This document shows positions 39,901-52,200 of a DNA stretch of 64,000 nt, piece after piece (position 1 is the first letter of the stretch; each line of letters begins with the position of its first letter). Where the stretch lies: assembly GCA_016748015.1 (NCBI GenBank), contig JAAOMT010000620.1, positions 333,391 to 397,390 of the forward strand, written 5' to 3'. Below the pieces are notes generated by a model that was not told where the DNA came from, did no database searches, and worked only from the letters and a program-made list of their open reading frames with translations. The translations under genes and the position numbers were made by a program. Origin of the DNA: Geosiphon pyriformis uo1. Lineage: Eukaryota; Fungi; Glomeromycota.

Positions 39901-40761
39901 GATTGGAATAGTACCACTCTAGTTTAGCACCTTAACTCTCATATGCTCTCTGGGAGTACATGTTAAGCCACTACTGCTCTTCATACATACTTCATGAAAG
40001 CTGTTCATTTCAAGTTGCCTGTTGCTGTTCGACAGAGGCTATATAATAAGGATTACTCTGGTGTGTCATGTCTATTTTGTGGTAATGTGGAACTCTCTGA
40101 TTATGGCTTTACTTGTGTTAAGGATGCTTCTGTGTAGTCGGATATTTTGGGTGACTTTGGTAGTTTGTGGAAAACTCTGATGGATTCTGATCTACTGTCG
40201 CCATCTTTTGTGTTGCAAGATCTCTCTTTGGGGATGTCTGATGTTGGTTTGTATTCGGTTTTTTGCAAGGAATTTGTTCTCAAGAGTTGGATGGATGAGG
40301 CCATTGCTTTTCTCAGTGACAAGAAGAAAGTGGCCTTTGTGGTAGTGAATTTTGTCCATTGTTTGGCTAAAAGTCATAGAATAAACCTCTGGCTTTTTAG
40401 AATTAAGTTCAGATTTGACATGGAGAAAAGTAGTTTGATTGGTGATGATGTTGTTGTGGCCGGTGCTCTTGGTGTGGGCACTCTGCCTCTCTCAGCTGGC
40501 ACAGTCCGCCTTATTGGTGTGTTGGACTCTCTTAATGTCGGTTTCAGTTTTAGGAATAGGTTCTTGTTTTTGTCTGGTGCTGTTTATAGAATTAGTGTTT
40601 CTATAAGTGTGTAGTATTGCCTTGATTGGCTCAAATGGTCGGTCACATGTAGCAAATGCGTAAACCATGTTTAGTTGGCTACTTTTCTTTGTAACTTATT
40701 CTAGACTTTGGTTGGGCTGCATTCGTTAATAAATGAAAAAAATAAAATAAAATAAAATAAA
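33931..40761 (+). mobile_element. LINE B, full-length, degenerate
   Basis: ORF1 34070-35932 (CERCGKFGHSALKC). ORF2 ~35929-40614 has APE, RT (FVDDT), RNase H (YTDS, KVKGH) and a ZnF. Followed by a 3' UTR and (AAAAT)n tail. Confidence 0.93.
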
Positions 40762-42149
40762 TTTGAATATTTTTTTGTTATTAAGTAGTTTATTTAAGCC
40801 TAATTGAATAAAAGTTCATCTGAATATTAAGTTTTTTGTAAATATAGTTTTAAAAAAAATTATTATAAACAAGCAGTTTTTTACTTAATATTAAAAATTT
40901 TGTAATTTATAATTAATTACAAAATATAGTTTAGTTTTATTTCTATAAATATGTATAATAAATAAAATACTTTAATTTAAAAGAGTTTAAAAAATAAATC
41001 TGGTTTGTTTAAAAACTTTTTGAATAAAACAGTTCTTTATTTTGTTTTATACAAATTGAAATTATTTAAACAAATTTAAATAAAAAATAAAATAATTACA
41101 ATAATTGTATTTTCAAATACTAATAAGATTTTGAGTTATTTGTTTAATTATAAGTTTTTAAATTTACAAATTTTATATTGGTTTTTTGATTATCTTTTAC
41201 AATATTTTGTCAAGTTATATATTAGTTTTGTAAATAATTTTTTAGTAATATGATCAGATTATTTTTGAATTTTAATTTTTTTTTGTAAATAATTTGTTTT
41301 TTATTTTTTATTTTTCAATTAGAATTTTAATGTCTTAAGTATTAAAAAATCTGTTTTTTCTGAAGTTATTTATTTATTCAAATAATTTAGTATTGTTTTT
41401 ATAAATTAGCTTTTTACCAAAAAAAATATGGTTTTTGACTAAAAATTTTTTTATTATTGAAAATAACTTGATTTTAAAGACTTTGTTTTCACTTAATTTA
41501 AATTTTTAATCAATTTTTTGAACAGTAATATGCAGCATAATGTGTTATTTTTTGCTTATTTTTTCTGAATTTTTGATGTTTTTAGTTCAAATAATTTTTT
41601 TAAATTAAAAAAATGTCTTTAACAGTTAATTTAAACATAATTAAAGTATATATTAATGGTTTTTTAAAAGATTTAAACATTTCTAATATAGAATATAGTA
41701 CTATTGTATTTTTTTCTAATATGAATCTTGTTATTAATGTTAAAGTAATAAAATTATTTTGTTTTATATTTGTTAAATTCTAAGCTATTATGTTGATTTT
41801 AGAAAGTGTTTTTAATTTTAATGTTATAATTATTTACTTAAATAGTCAAACTTATTAATTGTTTGTTAATTTGAATTAGATTTGATTTTTTCTAAGTTTT
41901 ATAATTATTTTTAGTTAAAAAAATATTATATAATAAATATTATTAGAAATAAAAGACTTAGTATAATCTGGTTTAAAGTTAAAAAACATTTTGGTATTAT
42001 AAAAAATAAGAAAGCTAATAGATTAACTAATATTATTAATTATTCAAGTCTTGTTTTTTATATATATATTAATAAATATTATATTAAAATTAATAATATA
42101 ACTGTGTTTAACAATGTTTAATATTTTGTTTATAATGTTTTTAGATCTA

Positions 42150-45100
42150 TCTGCTATATATAATAAAAAATTGATCTTAATATTATAGTATTACTTGTAA
42201 AAAAAAACATAAAAAATAATAATAACATAAAATAACCAATAGTAAAATAAAAGATTATTAAAACATATAATACCAAAAATTCCAAAAAAACTGGCAAAAA
42301 TACCAAAAATTTCAAAAATACCAGAAATTTTAATAATAATTTAAAGTAATTGTAAAAATTTTAGAAATCTTATATTATGAAAATTTATATATATATAATA
42401 AAAGTAATAAAAGTCAAAAAAATATTAGTTTATTAATTAATTATTTAAGCATAACAATAAACAAGTTTACTTTAAGATTAGTTTAATCACTTTTATTTTA
42501 TCAATAATTACAAATTAATTAAATTAATTAATAAAAATCTTTATTTTATTTATTTTATTAATAAATTTAAAAACATTATATTAAAACTTATATTATAATA
42601 ATATTAATGTTATTAATATCTATAATAGTTACTTAATAATATTAAAACAATAGTTTTTAATTATAACTATTGATAAGATATTAATTATTACTTAATTATT
42701 TTATTATTTGTATTAATTAAGTTATTAACTAATTGTAAAAAATATATTAAGATTATAATATTAAAAATTATTTAATAAAAAATATCAAAAAAAAAGTATA
42801 AATATAGTCAAAGAACTAAAATTGCTTATTAAAAAAATATGAACACTAAAATAAATTAGTTACCAAGCTGAAAAAATTATGAATTTATAATCAACTATTA
42901 TCAAATAAATTTCTGTTTATTATATAAAAAACTCTTATACAAAATTTTCAAAAAATCTTTAAAATCTTCAACAATAAATCTAAGCATCAAGTTATAAAAA
43001 TTACTAATATTTATTCAAGAAATCTATTCATAATATTTAATGCTTTTTGTGAAATATAATTTACAAAAAACAAAATACTAATTAAATAACAATTAGTAAA
43101 AGTAACAGAATTAAAATATACAAAAACCAATTATCTAAAATTCACAAAATTATTATAAAAACATTTCTAAGAAGATCTAGAATTAAATTAGTATTTAATT
43201 TCTATGTTAACAAAAATATATAATATAATATAAGAGAAGCAATTAACATAAAAACTACAAAAGCTAATTTTTACAAAGCTATTAAGAAGTATTTTAGTTA
43301 TTATTTATTATATAACTTTACAACTATATTTGCAAAAATTTATTCTACAATTTATAAATACATCAAAAAAAAATTTATTTACTATAAAAAATTTATAATT
43401 TAGCTTAATTACTTAAATATCAATTATAATATTCAAAAAAATAGTTATATTATCATAGAAAAAAACTTAAATATATTTATTATTAAAATTATCATATTAT
43501 TATATATCTAATAATACTATTCAAATTTTACTAAAAATCATATTTACATATATGCCAAAACCAAAACCTAATTGGCAAAGTCACTTTAAAAATATTTACT
43601 TATTAGGAAAATATAGAGAATTTTTTGAAAAATTTTAATCAAGATTAGTCATCTATAATTTATTAAAATTACTGCTATTAAGACTTAATTTTAGTAATAA
43701 TTGTTATTGAAAAACAGAATTAAAAGAAAAAAGTCAAGATTAGAAAACAAAAAAAAAACATGATTTTAAATCCAATTGTATTTTAAATTTTGACAATTCA
43801 AACTTTAAAAATTAATTAAACTTTAATAGCTTTAATTACACCAAAAAATCTATTATTAATATTATTTATTTATATAATTTTTCTATTATTACACATATTT
43901 TTTTCTTTAGCAGCACCAATATATGCTTTAATTATTAAATTAGAAAAATTTATTAACAAAAAAAATAATACTTAAGTATAATTAAATAATATAAAAAAAG
44001 CTATTGTTGTCAATAATTAAGATAATATTAAAATCTTATAAACAATTCCATATTTTTTTTATAATATAGCCAATTTATAGTATTAAAGTCTTGTTATAAA
44101 ACCTGTATTATTCAATAACTTTAAAATTACATTTTTACAATATTTTAGTAATTATAATAGTATTATTTAACTACAAAAATACTTTAATATTATTAATAAA
44201 AAACAATAAAACAGTTATTATATACTTAGAATAATTTTATTAGTATCTATGTCAAATTTAGACAATTGATATTAATTATTATATTACACTACAAATTTTA
44301 AACTAATTTATCAAAAAATTATATAGTAGTATTTTTTAATAAATATGTTTATTATATTTAGCAAATTTTTAAGCAGTAATTATATTGGTCTGAGATTTTA
44401 AATTGATTAAACTTAAAATAAATTACATTTAAGCTGTAAATTTAGTAATAAATAGATTATCTAAACTGAATACCAAATTAAACCAAAAATTAAAAAAGTA
44501 TTTAATTAACAGTTAAGTTATATTAGTTTTCACAATATTATAAATATTAAGAAAACAATTATTATTTTCAAAATACAACATAGTCATTGTTATTATTAAA
44601 TTTATAACAGTAAAAAACCTAAATATATTATTATTGCCACAAACAAGATCACTTAAAAATTAATTATAAATTTTAATTAAGTAATTAATAATTAAAAAAT
44701 TAATATTAAACTCTAATTAAAAGATTTAAATCTCAAAATTTAAGTTTAAAACTTAGCAAAAACAATATTAATTACTATAATATTATATTTTAATATTTTA
44801 ATAATAATAATAATCACAGCCAATATACATATTTTATTTTTAGTTATAATTAACAATTGCTTATCAATTTTTAAATTAAGAACTAATACTATTATTATAA
44901 TATCAAATTTTATTTTTGGTTTAAACTTAAAACCCAAAACTAAAAATTATCCAACAAACTAAAAATTAACAATAATAACACATTAATTAATTTACAATAT
45001 TATCAACTTACAAGTTGAAAATAAAATCCAAAATTCAGAAAATATACAATTATTTTTTTTAAATTTTCAAAACTATTTAAGTCTTTTTACTATAACTAAA

Positions 45101-45975
45101 ACTCTTATAGTTAATAATAATACTCAATATTATAATATAATTTTATTTGTAGCTATTACTAAAAATAACACATTTGTTGCTATTTTTTTATTTGAATTAG
45201 GAAAAAAAAAGCCACTATTTAGTAAAACAGTCATAAATTTAATTTAACTTATTACTATTATATATATTAATATTAAAGTTAATGATCAACTTATTAAACT
45301 TATCTTTAATAGCAGTTTAATAAACAATATTATTACATAATAATTTATAAATTAATTAAGCTGCCAAATTGATTAAGTTATTAATATGTAAATTATTATA
45401 ACTAATAAAACTATAAAAATCTTAACTAGTAAAATTAATAACTTTTTTTTCAAAGTTAATAGTATTATAACATTAATTAAAATTTTGTTATAAAAATCAT
45501 ATAGTATTAAGTACTTATTAATAATGACTGATTGTCTAAAATTAATATTATGTTTAACTAAAATACTTAAGAGCTTTAATTAAACTATTAAAAATATTAC
45601 ACAAAAGTATTAATAATATATAGATATTTTAAAACAATTAACAAAGCTTTATTAATTAAATTAAAAAAAAAACTTGAAAACATATCAAGTTTTATAGACC
45701 AACAATTTTAACAATAATCTATTAACTGTACTAATTTGGAAAAAAAAAGGAAAGAGGAAAAAAAAATGTCACAAACTACAATTTTTTTATATATATTATT
45801 GTACTAAAGAAAAAACAATACAGCTATCTTACTATAATTATATAGTACTTACAGAAATTCATACTATTAATAACCAAAATTAATTTGTATTGACTATAAA
45901 AAAAAGCTCTTGTTTATAAACATTTATTATAGTAGTAACAAAAAATACTTAACAATAATCAAATATTACTGTTAT
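42150..45975 (+). mobile_element. Decayed AT-mutated Ty3/Gypsy relic related to the 17-26 kb element
   Basis: ~43920-44100 back-translates to gag (KLEKF...WL..VEKAI.AN.W...AIPYFL..A.WYQSL). ~45140-45600 back-translates to PA..T....AIFPFEL / ITAMYT / IKLILDSGS protease. ~45880-45975 matches the Cys-rich C..C..KL..M...KYYC region. Confidence 0.65.
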
Positions 45976-48507
45976 TATTATTAACCAAAATTTGAGATAT
46001 TATTTAGCATAAAATTATTCTTAAAATTTTTATTATTAATTAACATATATTATTAATTTAATTTATTACTTATTATTATATCAAAACAAAACACATTGAA
46101 AGACTAACATAACATAAAAACCCACATACCAAAAAATAATTTCAACCTATTTTTCTCACTCAAATTTTTATAATGACTATCCCTCAAAATATTCAACAAA
46201 TATCTCAAAAATTAATGCTAACTTTAAAGACAATACCCAAATTATCTATTACTATTACAGAAAAACATATTAATTATACCCAAACAGAAGTAGTTGCCAA
46301 TTTAGCCCCAAATTCACGAAATTATCACCCCTATAAAAAGAATACAAGAAGTTACTCTGGAATTCATCTACCAGAACTCTTAAAGCTTGCTTTAAGAAAA
46401 AATTTAATGTTCACTCCTATTAGTATTCTACCAAATGCTACTATTCAACAAAAACTTCAACTGTGTCTTAATGAAAAAAACCACGACTATACTCCAATAT
46501 ATATATATTTCTATATTGGAAAAACACTTCACGAACAAAAATGAGAGCTTACAGCAGCAAACCTCACAAAAAAAGCTATTCAAAAACAACTTCACAATGA
46601 ATTCAAAACAACAGCTGGACCTACAAACAGTCGCTATAAACTAAAAACTGCTCTTAGACTTTATGACCTATTCCACACCTGTAAAAACGTTCTACAAAAC
46701 CCAATTTTACAATTTTTAAAGATTCAATACATTGAAAAGCTCACAGAACTGAAATTTCAACAATTTTCAGACCAAATCTCTTCAATAATTTTGGATAATT
46801 ATCTAGAAATTACAAACAGTACTTGGACTTCAATGGAGCTCAGTCTTGAGGAGGAGGTTATGTTACCAGACAAAATTAGAGATATTATTTAGCATAAAAT
46901 TATTGTTATAATTTCCATCATTAATTAACATATATTATTATTTCAAATTATCACTTATTATATTAGCAAAATATCCAAAATTATCATTTAATTAATAACC
47001 CAATTTGTATATAACACAAATGTAATCTAATTGCAATGATCAATTATGCAATACTCTGAACTATGTAACATTCAAAAAGTTTGCCGAAATTTGTAGAAAT
47101 TTGCCGAAATAATTGATAGTTCACCAAAATATCTAATAGTTCACAGAAATAACTTGTAGTTTGCCAGAATGTATTTTTAGTTCAGTGAAATTGTAAAAAA
47201 TAGCAAAGTTTGAGTTCATAGAATAGTGTTACGACAAGTTATATAAAAGAAAAGTGTCTCTCTTCGAGAAAATATATCTTACTTCAGATTAAAAACAATT
47301 AGAATAATCCTTTACACCCAAAAGACAAATAAATATCAAATAATTTGAAAAGCCAAATTCTTAAATTATTTCTCTTGAAATTAACCAATTCCTACTAACA
47401 ATTTGAAATTGACTAGCTACCAATTTCAGTAAACTGTTAAAGCACTTCTAGGCCTGGATCCGAAACAACTTCCATAAATTATCAGTTTTACTTTTTTTTT
47501 ACATTTCTTTTATTCTTTTTCTTTTCTTATTATAAATCATTTTGGGTAGTCTACAGACGAAAATTCCTGTAGAAGAGTTGACTTTCACAGCAAAGTAACT
47601 ATACATTTTTAGTGAGCTTCCAGATGAGCAATTCCTGAGAAAGAGTTGATATTTACTACAATATAACTATACAAAGTAACTGGCATGGAATTGGCTATTC
47701 CACTTATAAGCCTAGCAGTTCAAATTATAGGAGATAATTTGAAGATAAATTCAGTTACTGGAAGTTCAACCACATCCAGAAAACAGGAATCCACAGCAAA
47801 CAGACATCAACAACGTTTAAGAAAAGAGACCAAAAACCTCCAGTAACAACGTTTTCTATCCAGGCCTGGAGTCACTAACAGTTTATTGAAATTGGTAGCT
47901 AATCAATTTCAAAATATTAGTTGTGTGGAGAGAATTTCAAGTGTAATAATTTAAGAATTTGGTTTTCAAATATTTAATTTTTATTTGATTTTGTAAAAGG
48001 TAATTTGTTTCAATTAAGATATCTAACATAAGATACTATGGTAAGGTACTATGAGAAGATACATTTTCTTGAAGAGAAAAGCTTTTCTTTTATACAACTT
48101 GTTGTAATACTAGTCTATGAACTTGCACTTTTTCTCTTTGCTCAAATTTTGGCGAACTAAAGATACATTTTGATGAACTACAAGTTATTTTGCTGAACTA
48201 TTAATTGATTTGGGTGAACTATTCATAATTTTGGTAAATTTCTGTAAATTTCGGCAAATTTCTTATAAATTTCGGTGAATTTCTGTAAATTTTGGTGAAT
48301 TTTAGAATGTTACAAAGTTTAGAGTATTGTGTAATTTGATCATCCTACTTTCTGTTATACTAATTAGATTATTTTAATTGAATCATGATATGTGATAATT
48401 GATTAAATAATAAATGATAATTCGAAATGATATTAATATACTAATTAATTATAGAAATTATAAGGGTAATTTCATGTTTATTAATAGCTAAAATTCTACT
48501 GGTAACA
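45976..48507 (+). mobile_element. Internally deleted LTR-like element: ~100-bp left-end relic, ORF remnant, PPT, then a ~1.65-kb foldback terminal unit
   Basis: 45976-46080 is a mutated copy of 46861-46960 (shared gatattatttagcataaaattatt). Purine tract GAGGAGGAGG at 46848-46857 lies just before TGTTACCAG. Flanks are ttat (45972-45975) and ctat (48508-48511). Confidence 0.6.
46861..48507. repeat. Long imperfect inverted repeat: arms ~46861-47460 and ~47855-48507, spacer ~390 bp
   Basis: Termini TGTTACCAG / CTGGTAACA. The arms are collinear through caatactct..aact.tgtaacattc, ~20-bp agttc...gaaat repeats, tataaaagaaaag, ccaaattcttaaattatt, tagctaccaatttca.taaactgtta and aggcctggat. Confidence 0.9.
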
Positions 48508-49268
48508 CTATAGATTATTTTATCAAATAGCCAGAAGTTCAAACCATCCAAATTGCAGATATTAAAACAATAGTTAAGTTTGTATACTAAAATTTGATTT
48601 GTTAATATAGATATTCAAAAATATTATTATTTAATCGAAAAATTTATTTTATCAATAGCATTTTTACAAAACTAAACCAATAATTTAAAATAAAGTAATC
48701 ATTATTTTTTCTATATTATTTATAAACAAATAGTTTAGTAAAATAATTCAACCAAATATTGTATAAAGCTTTAATAAAAATAAGTTAAAAAATGCACAAA
48801 AATAAGACTTATTTATATTTTTAGTATTATTTGTATATCAAATATTAAAGCAAAATACAACCAATTTATACTGTTTAAATTAATATATAAATGAAAATTT
48901 ATACTGTCTATTGAACTAAAAATACTCTTTTTTTTAACAAAAACAATTACTAAAAAGAATTTTGAAGTTACTTTATACTAAAAAACATACCAGTTTATAG
49001 AAATACTAGAAAATAATTATAGAACAGCAGCTAATAATATTAATAATTTTTAAAAATAACAAAAAAAATGACATAATAATTACTTATTTAACTAATTAGT
49101 TAAATTCAAAGATTATAAACAAAATAGTAAAGTGAAAAATTTAATCTGAAATAGAATAAACCATTTTATATATACAAAATTCTTAACAATAAAGCTTATA
49201 AACTATGATTAAAAGACAAAATTTTAAAGAAAACCACACATAAAAATTATTTAAAACTTTATTATATA

Positions 49269-52200
49269 TTTTTTTTTTGTTTTAATGAGTGAAGTCCAAA
49301 CACAACCTAGTACTATACATCATACAAATAATTTAAACTAGGAGCAAATCATGCGTTTTCTACACGTGACCAGTCACTCAGACCAATCAGAACAATACTA
49401 CATACTTATATGAACAGAAACCAAGTCCCTAATATCCGAGAAAAATAAACATGGATTATGAAACCCAAAATCTACACCAAATACTTCAGCAATACCCAGC
49501 AACCTAACCATACCAGACGAAAATGATGTGGATAAACCAAAAATTGATGTAGGAATGGAGCCATCATGTGGGATTAGCCCACTTTTGTTCATAAAAGCCC
49601 GATGTCTAACATGAACTATCCAAATATTCTCCTTGAATGTGAGACAAAACTCATAAATGAAGTCCACAACTTTTAACGTTACAATTTTAGAATCTCCAAA
49701 AACAGAAACAGACTCACAATACTAATCATTGAAAACAAAGCTTTTGCACAAAGCCAAACCAATAGCAACATTGGAAACACAAATGTGCAGCAACTGCAAA
49801 ATGCACGAAAAAGACCAAGATAAACCTGAACAAGCCTCCCAAATAGACGCATAAACATCCAACAACTAAGCATAACCTACAGCATCAAACAGACAACAAA
49901 AAACATGGTCAGAGATCTCAACATCACCACAGAATAAACAAATCACACTGGGATAACACTTATTATACAAACATTTGCACACAGTGATCAGAAGCCGATG
50001 ATGGAAGGCTTTTATGAAGTAAGTACAAAAGCTGGCAGTATGCACACTAGTAAAACCAGCAGCCAAATGAGAATCTGTGTGCCATACCATAAAGAATTTT
50101 GACTAATTGATATCAGTATGCAAACTATTTGGTATAGCCTGGGAGTCCAATCCAACCTCTTAGCATATATGATAAACAAACCAGAAAACATCATGAACAA
50201 AGTGCCTAGAATTCCCAGAAACTGCAGTACCACCAGCTCTCAAAAATTTTTCACTAATCAAATAGGACAGTTGCCAGACAGAAAGAGTGACATCCTTAAC
50301 AAGTGCATCAGTGCACTTATTGTCCAAAACACCCGAATGTCCCCTAACTTTAGTCCAATTCACCCTTAAATTTTTGTGACAAATGACATTAGTAATGTGG
50401 CAACATTCAATCTAACACTGGTTCCTAAAATCTGGACGAAACAAAAAAGATTCTGATTTGCATGCATCCAGAGCAGCCTGGCTGTCTGAGAATAAGTTAA
50501 CTGTCCGAAAAGAAAGAACACACTCAAAAGCTAAAGCAATAGCCTGCAGTTCTACCAGAATGAAAGAAACAAGACCAGACACTTTCACATCCAGACCCAA
50601 GTTAATGTCCTGAAAAAAAACTGCAGTACCAGTCTTTATATCAATAGTACTCAAACCACACAGAGACCTATCCATATACACAGAAAGACAAGCCACATCA
50701 GTGGTCAAAAAATCATTACAAACAATGCTGAAACCATGAGACTGACGAATATTAGAGACAGCACAACTATCCATAAGTGAAGAGGACCCAGAAGAAAAAA
50801 CATCACCCTCAAGAAAGCGAACAGAGAGATTAAACCAGAATGGAACTGGATTATAGAGGTCCAGTCTCTTCCAATGCTTGAAGGTTTTCTAATCAAAGAT
50901 GCCACCATTTCAGTCTTGCAGCTGCTTCACAAAAGTGATTCCATAACATTTGAGTAACAAAACACACTTGAGAAAATATGGCTTACCAAGAACCATAGAC
51001 ATAGAGGTACCACTCCAAAAGCAAAAGGCACAGGCCAGAGAGTTGCTCAAAGACAAGTCACATCCAGAAAAAATTCGAATCATACTGGCCAAAAAGTTAT
51101 TTGAAGGATCCACACTAACATAAGTTGGAAATAGCAAAGAGTGATGAAGACACCAACTAAAAACCTGGAGATTATGAGACTTATGAAAAAATAAATGACC
51201 CAAAATACCAACTGAGTTTGCAAAATTGATAACAGATGCTGATTTACTCTTAGCTTGAATCTGTTCAAAAGTCATCATTGGAAAAATTTAACAGCAGTAC
51301 CAACTTCGACTTTAGGCCTTTACATATTAAAACATCCTATTTATTACACACATTAATAGGAATAAAACTAAACTGGATCCTGTAGCTGATAATGGGAAAC
51401 AAAATTGCAGACACCAAATATACAAACTGTTTATTCGAAATCACCTTTCTTAAAACAAGATTCACAAAAAACCGAACATCTGAATAAGCCTTAGCCAAGT
51501 TAGGCTTGGACAAACCCTTAGTTAACAAGAAGATATCCAAATAACAATGAGATTCCCCTTTTTTGGCAATGGAAATAGGCAATCCACTAATAGCAAGATG
51601 GAGATTCATAACCTGACAATTGATAGAGACAGCCACTGTTTTGTTGTTATTTATGGAAATGTTATTAAACCTGAAAAATTCACTAGCAACATCAAGGATG
51701 TGTTGTGTAGCAGTCTGGCTGTTACCAACCCATATTGTATCATTAACAAAAGCATCAGCAGCAAGAAATGAAGTCAATCCAGTCTGAGGATCCACCCAGC
51801 CAATCTTAGAAATAAAATGGGAATTTAATCTGTAACCACAAACTCTCTCCTGTCTTTTAACCTTATACAAGAGTGAATCATAGAATATGTGCCAAAAAAA
51901 AGGCAAGAAAACTTCCTTTTGGTCCAACCCATCATGAACATAATACTCATCAGTCAATCTGAAGTCTGTTATTACCCTATTAATACGACCATTGTAAATA
52001 TTACCAAAGAATCTTATAAACTTGTCACACATCTTAATTTTGACCAGACTCTTTCTAAGATGTTCCCAACCAACTGAGTCATAAGCCTTATGCATGTTTT
52101 ATAAAACCAGCCAAAGTTCTCTGTTCTTTTCTAAGGCATTCTCAACAACAGAACCAATGACGAAAATAGGAGATTGTGTCATTGTGTCTTTTAAAACCAA

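Larger units (their letters stand above)
14566..42150 (+). mobile_element. Ancient, heavily AT-mutated LINE (host of LINEs A and B), surviving as ~14566-15932, ~32227-33930 and ~40762-42150
   Basis: Reverting C>T/G>A gives collinear LINE motifs: WKIATCNVRG (~15525), SFVIL|GGDFNE split across LINE A, GLSGIPNELWKH (~32970), LQDMRKAYDSVGW (~33340), FVDDT (~33685), HQY|LGIFLS split across LINE B, YTDGS (~41650) and KVKGH (~41975). Confidence 0.75.

Noticed and set aside
47078-47192. Regularly spaced ~20-bp repeats resembling a CRISPR array
   Set aside because: Eukaryotic context, degenerate short units without unique 30-40 bp spacers, no cas genes, and mirrored in the opposite arm.
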